Source: Candidatus Heimdallarchaeota archaeon (lineage in GTDB: Archaea; Asgardarchaeota; Heimdallarchaeia; Hodarchaeales; Hodarchaeaceae). From it: a stretch of 64,000 nucleotides of DNA. Under the pieces are notes generated by a model that was not told the origin of the DNA, ran no database searches, and was given only the letters and a program-made list of their open reading frames with translations. Below are positions 29,057-39,580 of the stretch, one piece after another (the stretch's first letter is position 1; each line of letters starts with the position of its first letter). The position numbers and the translations under genes are program-made. Where the stretch lies: contig CP070695.1 of NCBI GenBank assembly GCA_020353515.1, positions 2,422,966-2,486,965 of the forward strand. Reading direction: 5' to 3'.

Positions 29057-29818
29057 ATGGAAGAAAAGAAAGAGAATACTTTTACTAGTCTTTTTGATGA
29101 TGCTAAAGCCGTAGATATTAGAGGATGGGACTTTTCTTACGTTAAGGAGAGGATGACTTCAGAACCTCTTCCTTGGGACTATAGAAAGATAATCCTTCCA
29201 TATGTAAAAAAAGCAAACTGCATGTTAGACATGGGTACTGGAGGAGGAGAATTTCTATCATCATTAGATCCATTACCAAAGGTTACATTTGCAACAGAAG
29301 CGTATCCCCCCAATATTCCTATTGCAAAAGAGACACTTGATGGCTATAACGTTAAATTAGTTCCAGTAACACAACACGAAAAACTACCTTTACCTGATGA
29401 TTTCTTTGATCTGATAATCAATCGTCATGAATACTATTGCCCAGAAGAAATATACAGAATACTTAAACCTCAAGGAATATTTATTACCCAACAAGTAGGA
29501 CGACTCAATAATATTGAATTAAATCGATTTTTTGGTGATGTGAGTTACAAAGATTGGGAATGGGATCTAAAATACGCATCACAACAATTGAAGACGAATG
29601 GATTCAGCATACTTAACAGTGAAGAAGCCACAATAAATGAATATTTTAGAGATATTGGAGCAGTAGTGTTTTATCTGCGTATAATCTCATGGCAGATCCC
29701 TAATTTCAATATTGATGAAAACATCAAGAAATTTAAGGAATTACATTCAATAATTCAGAAAGATGGACTATTCAAAACTCATGCTCATCGATTTTTGATT
29801 ATCGTAAAAAAAGAATGA
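29057..29818 (+). CDS. Class I SAM-dependent methyltransferase
   Basis: GWDFS, LDMGTGGGE, FDLIINRH, RILKPQGIFITQQVG. Confidence 0.9.
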   Translation: MEEKKENTFTSLFDDAKAVDIRGWDFSYVKERMTSEPLPWDYRKIILPYVKKANCMLDMGTGGGEFLSSLDPLPKVTFATEAYPPNIPIAKETLDGYNVKLVPVTQHEKLPLPDDFFDLIINRHEYYCPEEIYRILKPQGIFITQQVGRLNNIELNRFFGDVSYKDWEWDLKYASQQLKTNGFSILNSEEATINEYFRDIGAVVFYLRIISWQIPNFNIDENIKKFKELHSIIQKDGLFKTHAHRFLIIVKKE

Positions 29819-30038
29819 AATTAACAACATTAAGTTGAAAATACTGCATTTCCATTGATTTAATCTACAAATAGCTTTTGAAATCCCAGGAAAGGAGCCA
29901 CTGTTACATTAAAACGAGTTTTTCTTCTATATGCCTTTAAAATACAATAATCAGATTCTCTAATTTGGATAAATTCTTATATTCTCAATGTGATTATTTG
30001 TTTATCCAATAGTTATCTTGGAAAGGTGAAAATAACAA

Positions 30039-31109
30039 TTGGCTACAGTAACTTTATGCTGGCAAATCTCTAATATCCTTTTGTTATTCACCTTATTCAT
30101 AGCTGTCCTCGGCTTATTAAGTCGAATTCATTGGATTTCGATTGGTCGTATCAGTAGATATAATGTTTCTTTTTTATTATTTTATATATTTAGTATTTGT
30201 GCGATATTTTTGCAATGGTTAGTTATTAATGGTTCTTTGATGTTCTTGCCGTCTTCATCAACCTATACTTATATCGCTCTTTGGTTCAAGGGGGCCTTAT
30301 GTTCTTTAATCTTGTCCTCATTCTTTCTTATCTACATTGGTCAGCACAGTTTTGTGATTAGAAAATTTTCGACATAAAAATACTATTCACACTTTATCGC
30401 AGTATTTTATTTCTTTTGTATTGGAATCTTGATCTTTTTAATATTCACTGATGTAACAGTAATTGATATTATTGATAATAGCCCCTCGTTCGATTTTAAT
30501 CCTCCTATTACTCTTGTTTTAACTGCTTTATATGGCTCACTCAGTGGAGGATTGTTCGCTTTTATCTCATTGCGATCGAGAATCCGAACGTTTAAAGAAC
30601 CAGTTAAGGATTTAATACCAATATATCCATTTTATCTAGGGTTCACTTTAATTGGAGGATGTTGCCTCATATTTATTGGTTTCATTATAATTTTTGATCC
30701 AGTTCTAGGTTCTATGTGGCCATGCTTACGGATGTTCTTATCTTCCACTATCTATCTTATCTTCTTATGGTTTCCAACAATGGAATCAATGTTTGAGATC
30801 TTTTTTCAAAGCCGTATGGACAGAATTGAAACAGTACTGGGTAGGGACAAAGTATTAGACATTATCGATCACGATCTAGCTAATGTTACACAGATTCTCC
30901 ATACATATTTTGAAACAATTCAACTATCTGATCAGGAGAGAGAGTTTTTAAAGAAGCAAGTTGACCGCATGAACAAACTAATAACAGAATCACGAGCTAT
31001 AGTGATACACGAAGATGATATGTTAGTACAGGAATTAATGAGATTTTACAAATCAACACGTGTTCAAAACAATCTTTTAGATAAATCCAAAACAAAAAAA
31101 GAAGCCTAA
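30039..31109 (+). pseudogene. Multi-TM sensor-like protein with HisKA-like tail, interrupted by one in-frame TAA (30375-30377)
   Basis: ORFs 30039..30377 and 30429..31109 share a frame; the intervening codons are open and hydrophobic (KYYSHFIAVFYFFCIGI); C-term LDIIDHDLANVTQI resembles an H-box; GGTGA upstream. Confidence 0.7.
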
Positions 31110-31265
31110 AACCATTAATTTTCTGTACCGACTGGATTCTATAATACTTTCTTGCCATTTAATAGAATGGATGATTCATTGGGATTTGTAAATCCATTTA
31201 GTAAGGTTAAAAAATTCTTACTCATTTATTACATATTTTCATAAAAAACAGCAGGTGAATATTAG

Positions 31266-31886
31266 ATGAAAACAAATCAAGTAATAAAAATAATAATTCC
31301 ATTAGTACTCTTATTGGGTGCCGCTACTGCTTTTATTGTTGCGGTTATTGGTAGCCAGCAAGTGAATACTACAGCAGAGACTCAAGAGTCAAATCAAGCT
31401 ACTAGTGCCTACATAGCTTTCCTCTATATTGAAGGTGTTGATGGTGAAGCTCAAGCACAGGATCATGAAAATTGGATTGAGGTTCTTGCTTATTCCCATA
31501 ATGTTATGACCGCGGATCCAACAGGTGCAGTCCGCACTGCAGGCTCAGTACAGCACGCTCCACTTCGGATTACCAAAATGGTAGATAAGGCCTCACCTAA
31601 ACTGTACGAAAAGTGTGTTAACGGTGAAACGATCGTTTCAGTAAAACTGGATTGCTGCACAGCCTTTGGCGAAGACTTGAAAGTGTTCTATCAAATTGAA
31701 CTGCAGAATGCAATGATCACTTCAGCTCAAGATTTTGGTATAGTAGCAGGAGAAGGAATTCCTACTGAGACTGTTTCTTTCACATATGAATCCATTAGAT
31801 GGACATATTCGGAATTTGATGCTGCAGGTCAAAAAAAGGGAGATATACAAACACCTTGGATCTCCACAGAGACCTCAGAAACCTAA
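31266..31886 (+). CDS. hcp: Hcp (type VI secretion tube protein family) with N-terminal signal/anchor helix
   Basis: FLYIEGVDGEAQAQDHENWIEVLAYSH, ITKMVDKASPKLYEKC..GETI, FYQIELQNAMITS, PTETVSFTYESIRWTY; N-term MK..IIIPLVLLLGAATAFIVAVIG; GGTGA RBS upstream. Confidence 0.88.
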   Translation: MKTNQVIKIIIPLVLLLGAATAFIVAVIGSQQVNTTAETQESNQATSAYIAFLYIEGVDGEAQAQDHENWIEVLAYSHNVMTADPTGAVRTAGSVQHAPLRITKMVDKASPKLYEKCVNGETIVSVKLDCCTAFGEDLKVFYQIELQNAMITSAQDFGIVAGEGIPTETVSFTYESIRWTYSEFDAAGQKKGDIQTPWISTETSET

Positions 31887-31913
31887 TAAATCAAGAAAAA
31901 CCGTTGACCAATA

Positions 31914-32588
31914 ATGAAAAAGTCGAAGACTCCTTTTTTAATAGTCATATTCGCATTAGTCGGTTGTACCTTGAGCCCATCTATAGCTAATCAACAAACT
32001 ATCGACATTCTACAAGTAACGAAGATTGGTTCATCTGTCTCAATTTTTCTAGATTTTGATCTGAACTCAACCTCCCAGCTTGATTCAAATAAATCATTAG
32101 CAGTATTAGTCGTATTTACTCAAGATGAACCATTCGTAATTGAGGCAACGATGTTATTCTTCCATACAGTAGAAGAAGACTTCCTTTTCTGGATGCTTGG
32201 AGATCCCTATACTCAAGCCCAGATCTGGCAATTAGGTGTTGAAAATGAGCATTTTCAAACTCAAAATGAATTATTAACTTTGAATTTCATAGAATACCTT
32301 GGTATCACCAAACCCGAAATAAATCCTTTTGTGATAGCTTTAATCGCTTCAGGTGAAGTAAATAATCAGACAAATGATTTTAGACCAATTTTAGAGCAAT
32401 TTGTAATGTTTTTACCTATACATTATGAATTTCCAAGCATAGAGCAGCCAGGTACTACTGAAGAGACATCAGCTAAAAAATCGTCTCAAGGAAGCGTGGG
32501 TGGTCTTACACCAGGTTTTACAATCCTTTCTACTGTGGGTATCTTTCTTTCAACACTCATTGTACTAAGATTCAAACGGAAAAAGTGA
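31914..32588 (+). CDS. Secreted protein of unknown function with PGF-type C-terminal sorting signal
   Basis: N-terminal signal peptide; ends TPGFTILSTVGIFLSTLIVLRFKRKK after a Thr/Ser/Gly linker. Confidence 0.75.
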   Translation: MKKSKTPFLIVIFALVGCTLSPSIANQQTIDILQVTKIGSSVSIFLDFDLNSTSQLDSNKSLAVLVVFTQDEPFVIEATMLFFHTVEEDFLFWMLGDPYTQAQIWQLGVENEHFQTQNELLTLNFIEYLGITKPEINPFVIALIASGEVNNQTNDFRPILEQFVMFLPIHYEFPSIEQPGTTEETSAKKSSQGSVGGLTPGFTILSTVGIFLSTLIVLRFKRKK

Positions 32589-32642
32589 GAAATCAACATA
32601 AAAGGTACAAATAGTGAAAAATTGGCTAGTTTTAATAGCACG

Positions 32643-33473
32643 TCAGATATCGTGGTTCTTTCGAAGATAGCTAACTTCTCCCTCCTCTTTTTGATTGTGA
32701 TTTTTCCCATATTGTTTCATTAAGTACTTGTAGCTATACCAATACTGGAACCCAAGCTTTTCATATAACACAATTGCTTTCCTATTCTCTTTCTCAACAT
32801 GAAGCCAGCAGATAGTTGCACCATGATTTCTACCCCATTCTATAGCTTCAGTTAATAGAGAAAAACCAATTTTTTGTCTTCTATGATCAGGGTGAATGAA
32901 TAATTCAGCAATATAGAGGTATCCTTGGGGATCTAAAATAGCCATAACAGAACCAACAATAGAATTCTCTTTCTTTGCTAAAATAAAACGCTTTTTTGGA
33001 ATTTTAATTCGTTGTGTTACCTCAAGCATGATGTTTTGATCTTCAGTATAATTTGAGGAGAAAGTTGTCAAAAATTCAGAAAATTCAGAAGATTGTTCTT
33101 CAGTGACTTCATAAACAATTTCTTCATTCAGTTTAGTCTGTAATTCTTGAATTTCTAAACCCATAGTATTTATTGAGTAGTCACTATACATATAACCCCG
33201 ATTACGTAATTTTTCCTCAAGTTCTGAAGGATAAAAATAGGACGATAATTTGAATCTCGCTGGTAAGTTATATTTTCTATAAGCTGATTCCACAAAATCA
33301 ATATCTTTTTCTAAATTGATGCCAGTATACTTCACGGCTAAAACGGAGTTAGATCGACCAGTATTACCTCCAGTAAATGTTAAAATCCAACCATTCAAAA
33401 AAAAATAGTGTTTTGGAGGCCAGATGTTAAAAAATATCTTCTGATATTTTATTATCTCTTCTTTTGATAGCAT
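32643..33473 (-). CDS. GNAT acetyltransferase
   Basis: GWIL...G.TGRSNSV; IHPDHRRQKIG, WLHVEKENRKAIVLYEKLGF. Confidence 0.88.
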   Translation of the reverse strand: MLSKEEIIKYQKIFFNIWPPKHYFFLNGWILTFTGGNTGRSNSVLAVKYTGINLEKDIDFVESAYRKYNLPARFKLSSYFYPSELEEKLRNRGYMYSDYSINTMGLEIQELQTKLNEEIVYEVTEEQSSEFSEFLTTFSSNYTEDQNIMLEVTQRIKIPKKRFILAKKENSIVGSVMAILDPQGYLYIAELFIHPDHRRQKIGFSLLTEAIEWGRNHGATICWLHVEKENRKAIVLYEKLGFQYWYSYKYLMKQYGKNHNQKEEGEVSYLRKNHDI

Positions 33474-33811
33474 CAATCCCACTGATCTTTGGATCATATC
33501 ATTAGGCTAAAATAAGTAAAATGAGGAAGGAGAGATTCCATCTATTTATATAAAATTTCTAATGGGCAAAAAAGTTACAGGAATATTCTTTCAGGCCTAT
33601 TCATCTTTAACCTCTCTATGTGTGTTGAGAAAATCTCATGACTTAGTTATTTTTTGATTAGAATTCTTTCTCCCAATTCTTCCTCAATATAAGAACACGC
33701 TTAGGAAAGAAAAAAAATGAATTATTTAAAATAACCAGTAACCAATTTGATTTCATACTGGAAGATTTATAAGAATCATGGTTATTAAGTAGGTATCTAA
33801 AGAGGAAGTCC

Positions 33812-34342
33812 TTGAAGATGATAACAGTCACAAAGGAACAAAGGTTAGAAAATTATCCAATTAAAATTGTTTGTTCTTCGGTAACTCTAACAGTCATTAG
33901 TTATCTACTAGGTACACTTGTACTTTATGTTCTTCATCCATTTCTTGGAATTCTGTATCTCTTATTAGCAGTTTCTACAATTATTGTTAGTATGAAATTA
34001 AGGTGTTCGTATTGTTATTATCTTGGAAAGTACTGTAATTTTGGCCTGGGAAAACTTGCTGCTCTCTTTTTTAAAAAAGGAATTTCAAGAGAGTTTCAGA
34101 ATCCTAAAAAAGTCATTTCAACGGCTATATTGAGTTTTGGAACAATGCTACTCCCAGTAATTACAGGATTCGGGTTAATACTGTTTTCTTTTTCTCTAAT
34201 AAATTTTAGTCTTCTTTTGGTGTATATCTTATTTGGGATTTTACCAGGTTTTCTTGTCCGAGGTAATTTTTGTGATAAATGCATCCAAGGTCAGCTTGGT
34301 TGTCCAGCTTATCAGCAGATGATAAAAGGAAGGGAAAAATAA
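33812..34342 (+). CDS. 4-TM membrane protein with Cys motifs
   Basis: Four hydrophobic helices; CSYCYYLGKYC and CDKC...GCP. Confidence 0.65.
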   Translation: MKMITVTKEQRLENYPIKIVCSSVTLTVISYLLGTLVLYVLHPFLGILYLLLAVSTIIVSMKLRCSYCYYLGKYCNFGLGKLAALFFKKGISREFQNPKKVISTAILSFGTMLLPVITGFGLILFSFSLINFSLLLVYILFGILPGFLVRGNFCDKCIQGQLGCPAYQQMIKGREK

Positions 34343-34392
34343 AAGGATGACCTAAATTAATCCCCTTAGAATATCAAAGGAATTATTTTCAA

Positions 34393-35352
34393 ATGGAAAT
34401 ACTTGAATATGATGAAGTAGACCCTCTCGATGTTCTTCAACTGAATTTAATGGCATTGGATTTTGCATTAACCCCTGAGCGAGTGAAATTAATCCGTCAG
34501 TATGACACCCGTGCTTTTCCGTGTTTTGCAATCTATGCCAGTATTAATAATGTAATCACAGGCCAGGTTGGCCTTTTTCGCTTACCCATGGTATCTATAA
34601 ATGGACCAGAAGATGTGGGTGGGGTCTGGGCGGTCTCTACACATCCTGAATATAAACGTAAAGGGATTGCAACGCGTTTATTAAATGAAGCTCATGAACG
34701 GATGCGAACAGAAGGATTGAGATTTTCTACTCTCGGAACTTCATCTTTTCGATTAGCTTACTCATTATACCTGAAATGTGGTTATCAGGATGTTTTCTCC
34801 TCAACATCAATATTACTGCCTCAAAAATTAATCCCAAGTTCATTTATTTTTACTACCGAACAAGCTTCACAAGACAACTTACATCTTGCGGATTCCTTTT
34901 TTTCGAAAGTATCCAAGGGAGCCTTAGGTTTTTCCCATCGTTTTGATGGCTTTCTCTCGACCATGTGTCGGATTGGTGAGATAGCAATGGGACCGATCTC
35001 AGAACATAGTGTATGGTTTATTAATAATGAAGGTAGATTGGTCGGGTACGCAATTGTATCTGTCGCAGGCTCTATCCTCAAAATTCATGACATTCTTCTC
35101 GCAAGTGAAGTATCAGTGGTTGACGCGCTTCCCGCTTTAATTCAAAATCTCCCATGTTCCTATGTTCATATTAAGTCAACTCACTCCTCGGTTACAAGAA
35201 GTTTAATCCGACTAGGAGGCCGCGTTGTTCCTCAAGATTGGAGTACATTCATGATAAAATCACTAACAAAGGATGTGATGAAACTCGATCTAAAGAGTCA
35301 CTTCGGTATTGGAACAGATAAATTCTTGTTCTCATGGCTAGATAGTACATAA
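34393..35352 (+). CDS. GNAT acetyltransferase (Eis-like N-terminal domain)
   Basis: VGGVWAVSTHPEYKRKGIATRLL, AYSLYLKCGY. Confidence 0.85.
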   Translation: MEILEYDEVDPLDVLQLNLMALDFALTPERVKLIRQYDTRAFPCFAIYASINNVITGQVGLFRLPMVSINGPEDVGGVWAVSTHPEYKRKGIATRLLNEAHERMRTEGLRFSTLGTSSFRLAYSLYLKCGYQDVFSSTSILLPQKLIPSSFIFTTEQASQDNLHLADSFFSKVSKGALGFSHRFDGFLSTMCRIGEIAMGPISEHSVWFINNEGRLVGYAIVSVAGSILKIHDILLASEVSVVDALPALIQNLPCSYVHIKSTHSSVTRSLIRLGGRVVPQDWSTFMIKSLTKDVMKLDLKSHFGIGTDKFLFSWLDST

Positions 35353-35358
35353 CTAAAG

Positions 35359-35862
35359 TTAATCTAAGGCATCTAAACTCTCAGGTGGAGCTGCAATTTT
35401 TCCATTCAAGATTGGATCATTAGTTTCTTCTAGCCACTGGACTAACATGGTTTTTAGGCTTCCCTTTATCTTAGAATACTCATGTTTGTTAGCTAGATTC
35501 TTCATTTCAAACGGATCATTCTCTAGATCATACAGCTCTTCTTCTTCTATAGGGATATTAAAATCAGGATTTTGTTTAATGTATATCTCTGTGGATTCTG
35601 TTGATGCAAAACCAATTGGAATTTCGAAGCGAGTTGGAATAGTCTCAAAATTCATAATAAATTTCCATTTTCTTGTACGAATTGCTCGCATTGCATTATA
35701 GCAATCATGATATGTCAATTCTGAGAAGATATGTTCTCGTTCTTTGTACTCTTCGCCTTTTAACAATGGATAGAAACTTCGGCCTTTAACATCTTCTGGA
35801 ACCTCCACTCCTACTAATTCTGACAATGTTGGGTATAAATCGATATTGGATGTCCATAACAA
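35359..35862 (-). pseudogene. C-terminal fragment of a sulfatase
   Basis: SNIDLYPT, GRSF, FSELTYHD.YN.MRAIRT, EELYDLENDPFE, NDPILNG parallel the C-terminus of 43265..44539; no catalytic CxPxR N-terminus. Confidence 0.75.
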
Positions 35863-35975
35863 CCAAAATAATCTCCAGTGTCATGAGTTATAATTAGGAT
35901 AATGTTTGGGGTAGAATTCATTATTTTCTTACTAATGAATATCTACTTATCATCCTTTTTGGAATATAGGAAGGA

Positions 35976-36260
35976 TTAATTTAACTCAAAACTATTCCAA
36001 TTAGATTGTTTGACCATTAATGGAGACATTTTACTAAGTTGTTCTTTGAATACCCCCGATTTTGATACTTTAATGGCATCCTCTTTACTTTGCCAATAAG
36101 TAAGAAATGATAATTTATTGTTGTCTTGATTTATGACAAGTCTCCAACCTTCCCATCCTTGTTGTTCTTGAAATAATGGGATTATCTCACATTCAATGAG
36201 AGTTGCTACATTCTCAGTATTTTCGCCTTTAATAAGGCCTGTAAATAAATTTGTATACAT
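35976..36260 (-). CDS. Small protein, possibly ABM-like dimeric alpha-beta barrel
   Basis: 94 aa; IIP...QQGWEG..L......LTYWQSKEDA pattern; GGTGA RBS upstream. Confidence 0.6.
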   Translation of the reverse strand: MYTNLFTGLIKGENTENVATLIECEIIPLFQEQQGWEGWRLVINQDNNKLSFLTYWQSKEDAIKVSKSGVFKEQLSKMSPLMVKQSNWNSFELN

Positions 36261-36597
36261 TCTATTTTCACCTTTTTATTCGCTTTCAATTAAAGGATCC
36301 ATTAAAAATTATTGATATTTTTCTATACGATATTCGTATATGATGATATTTAGTAGGAGGCAGAATCGGATTTTTTTAACTTGAAATCTAATCTGGTACA
36401 ATTTAAAGCTGATTTGCTTGTTTTCTCTTCTCTTTCACATTATTTTTGATGAATTCTACCCTTATGAGAATTCACAATTTCCTTTCTGAAATCTGTCAAA
36501 AATTGATATTTTCCTTTTATAATTGATATAATTGCTTTAGGGTGGAGTTAAATAGCACTCACCTAAACAACGTTCTTCCTATCATACTTTTAAAATC

Positions 36598-37761
36598 TTA
36601 AGTTTCCCTTAAAGTAAATCGACTTCCAATGAGAAAGAGGACAAAGAAGAGAAGCATAGCAATCAGTTCACCATTGAAAATTTCCAAGACATATCCTTCA
36701 ATTGAGATCCGTCGCAACAGATTAACACCATACGTCGTAGGTAATAAATAACATACCCATTGAATAATCTTTGGGATTTGGCTAATCGGGATAACTATTC
36801 CTGAGAGTAATAGTGCAGGTAATATCACTAGAGGGACAAATTGGATTGCTTGAAATTCTGAGCGAGCAAAAGATGATAAAAATATTGCCAATACTAATCC
36901 TGTCCATCCAAGTATGACCGCACCGATATAAAGTGAGATATAATGTGCTAATGTAGTTCCAAAGGACACATTAAACAGAGCACGCGCGACAATAATTATC
37001 ACGGTCGTTTGAGCCATACTAACAACTGAGAATGCTACCAGATAACCGATGATTATTTGGCCCTTATCGTGAGGACACTGCAGAAGCAATGGTAATGTCC
37101 CTCCTTTCCTTTCTCCGATCAAGTTCATCATAATGAGTATAAAGGAGAAGAAAAACACACCAAAAATAATCATTGCCGGAGCAAAAAAATCAAGAGTGGT
37201 CGAATCCTCTCCATAAGCATATTCTACATCAAATTTTAGATTTTCTCGTAAATCACCTGTAGCTTCTTGAAATGCTTCTTGGAATGCCTGAATTATAACA
37301 CCTCCCTCTTGAGGATTGCTATTATCTAAAAACAACTTAATTGAAACATTTTCACCTGTAAAGGAAGCCAGATTGTAGGTAAAATTCTGAGGAATCCAAA
37401 TGGCACATCTATATTGTTTGTCACGAACCAGTTCTTCTACTTCAGAATATTTAAGAGTACTAAGAGTAACATCCACTTTTGCTGATTCATCAAGAGAATT
37501 AACTATTTTTGTTCCAAGTGAGGGTATGTCCTGATAAGTAAAGTTAATGAAAGGATAAGTCGGAATTTGGACTATTCTTGTTACTCGTGCATCACTATCC
37601 TCATTGATGACAATGATTGGTTCATGTTCTATTTCCCCTCCAAAAGCAACACCAAAAACTATAATATATATGATTGGGGCAAATAATAACAATCCTAATG
37701 TCCGTCTATCGCGAAGGAGTTGTTTCCATAATCTTAGAGTTATTAAGTATGCAAATTTCAA
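36598..37761 (-). CDS. ABC-2 type transporter permease
   Basis: RDRRTL, ERKGGTL, ARSEFQAIQF.P, LLSGIVIPI, LPTTYG. Confidence 0.92.
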   Translation of the reverse strand: MKFAYLITLRLWKQLLRDRRTLGLLLFAPIIYIIVFGVAFGGEIEHEPIIVINEDSDARVTRIVQIPTYPFINFTYQDIPSLGTKIVNSLDESAKVDVTLSTLKYSEVEELVRDKQYRCAIWIPQNFTYNLASFTGENVSIKLFLDNSNPQEGGVIIQAFQEAFQEATGDLRENLKFDVEYAYGEDSTTLDFFAPAMIIFGVFFFSFILIMMNLIGERKGGTLPLLLQCPHDKGQIIIGYLVAFSVVSMAQTTVIIIVARALFNVSFGTTLAHYISLYIGAVILGWTGLVLAIFLSSFARSEFQAIQFVPLVILPALLLSGIVIPISQIPKIIQWVCYLLPTTYGVNLLRRISIEGYVLEIFNGELIAMLLFFVLFLIGSRFTLRET

Positions 37762-38498
37762 GCTGTATCCTCCTTAATTAACTCAAAAAACATGTTCTCC
37801 ATATTAATCTGCCCAGTTCGTTTCAACAGATTTTCTGGTGTATCAACTGCTAAGAGAGATCCATCTCTCATCACACCCACTCTATCTGCCCATTCAGCTT
37901 CATTTAAATAGTGAGTAGTGACCAATATTGTGGTTCCTTGATCTTTAGCAATTTCTCTAAAATATTGCCAGAATTCTCGGCGCAAAACGGGATCAAGCCC
38001 AACCGTTGGTTCATCAAGAAAAGCAATCTCGGGTTTATTTACCATTGCTTGAGCTAAAGCCGTTCTTTGTTGTGTTCCGCCTGATAGATGAAGAGCTAAT
38101 TTGTCTTGATGATCAGTAAGGGATAATTTATTAATCATAACAGATGCATATTCGTCCACATGTTTACCAGGAACACCCTTGGCCCGTGCGAAGAATTTAA
38201 TGTTCTCTTTTGCAGTCAAGAGATCATAAAGCGCCCGTTGTTGAGGAAGGTAACCCATGATCCGCCGAAGCTTTTTCTTCTCTTGGGGAATATGGTAACC
38301 CTTGACTAGAATATCTCCTGAGCCTTTTTCAGACTTTAGAATTCCTAATAATAAGCGAATGGTTGTGGTTTTACCTGCTGCGTTAGGTCCTACGAGACAA
38401 AAAATTTCACCTATATTAACTTGGAGATTCAGATTATCCACTGCAATAACTTCTCCAAATCGCTTAGAGACGTTAGATATTTCAATATCAAATGTCAT
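37758..38498 (-). CDS. ABC-2 transporter ATP-binding protein
   Basis: GPNAAGKTT, LSGG, LDEPTVGLDP, TTHY; 4-nt overlap with the permease. Confidence 0.95.
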   Translation of the reverse strand: MTFDIEISNVSKRFGEVIAVDNLNLQVNIGEIFCLVGPNAAGKTTTIRLLLGILKSEKGSGDILVKGYHIPQEKKKLRRIMGYLPQQRALYDLLTAKENIKFFARAKGVPGKHVDEYASVMINKLSLTDHQDKLALHLSGGTQQRTALAQAMVNKPEIAFLDEPTVGLDPVLRREFWQYFREIAKDQGTTILVTTHYLNEAEWADRVGVMRDGSLLAVDTPENLLKRTGQINMENMFFELIKEDTA

Positions 38499-38643
38499 AA
38501 ATTCACCAAACCATACAAACGATCTTAAAGATCAAGTTTAGATATGAATATTATTTTGTTACCCCTCGGGGGGGAAACATATATAAGGTTTATGATTCTA
38601 ACCGCTTCATGGAGTTAATCCTAAACAGATATTGGTAGTATTC

Positions 38644-39543
38644 ATGAGCGTTGAAAAATCACTAATAAACGATTTTCAAACACTTGGGTTATCACAGAAT
38701 GAAAGTAAAACACTTTTAGCCTTAGTGAAACTTGGGGGATCAGGGGAAGTATCAAAAATCGAAGATTTCACTGATATTAGACGTAATAAGATTTATCAAG
38801 CACTTGGCGGACTTATTACCAAGAAATTAGTGATGCGAGGAGAAGTCAAAGGAAGTGCTAATACTTTTAGACTTGTTTATAGTAATCCATCCGATCTCGT
38901 TTCATATATACAGAGAACGATCATTGATCCAATCGATAAAGCAGCTAAAAGATCAGTCCAAAATCTGGAAAATTTTACTGATATAGTTGAAAAAACCACT
39001 CAAGAGGTTTGGATGGTTAAAGGAAATTCGAACATTATCCGAATTGAAAAAGAGCTTGTTGATTCTGCGAAAGTTTCGATAGTTAGTAATCTGTTCCCAG
39101 AATATACTGAACCAGTTATCTCCAATCTTGGAAATGCTTTGATAAAAGGTGTAAACATCAAGATTCTTATGTTAGAAGAGGAAGTAACGCAATTAAAAGT
39201 TCCTTTAGATCATATTTGCTCAGAACATTTAGGAATAAACGCAAGTAAATTAGCTACTCTCGCAGAGATGATTCCACTAGAAGCGAATCCTATGATCTCT
39301 CCAATCTTAACTAATTTGGGTCAATTCCTAACAATACGACCCAACTTCCTTTTTATTGATTCAGAAACCGAGAATCCATCAGCTTTATTAATTATTAAGT
39401 CTACAAAAGATCCTACCTATTCAATTGCGTTGCAAACTGATAATCAGGATTTTATAAGCTCCTTTATGCACTTAATAGAGTTTATTCAGAGTATTGCTTT
39501 GAATATGAAGATGTTACAGGATGAACTCCTTTCTGATGATTAA
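38644..39543 (+). CDS. TrmB family transcriptional regulator
   Basis: LGLSQNESKTLLAL, IRRNKIYQALGGL, EVWMVKG...IIR...LVDSAK; divergent from the ABC operon. Confidence 0.8.
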   Translation: MSVEKSLINDFQTLGLSQNESKTLLALVKLGGSGEVSKIEDFTDIRRNKIYQALGGLITKKLVMRGEVKGSANTFRLVYSNPSDLVSYIQRTIIDPIDKAAKRSVQNLENFTDIVEKTTQEVWMVKGNSNIIRIEKELVDSAKVSIVSNLFPEYTEPVISNLGNALIKGVNIKILMLEEEVTQLKVPLDHICSEHLGINASKLATLAEMIPLEANPMISPILTNLGQFLTIRPNFLFIDSETENPSALLIIKSTKDPTYSIALQTDNQDFISSFMHLIEFIQSIALNMKMLQDELLSDD

Positions 39544-39580
39544 TTTGGTTGAAAAACTAAGCCTGGGAATAGATGGAACT

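Noticed and set aside
30375-30377. Recoded stop (Sec/Pyl or TAA-to-Gln)
   Set aside because: The codon is TAA, not TGA/TAG; TAA ends many genes here normally; both tRNA-Gln anticodons are standard
31266-31886. A complete type VI secretion system or prophage tail locus
   Set aside because: Only hcp is present; no sheath, spike, baseplate or capsid genes in the window
38560-38576. GC-rich palindrome CCCCTCGGGG between the ABC operon and trmB as an operator
   Set aside because: Single short occurrence with no second copy found; cannot be supported
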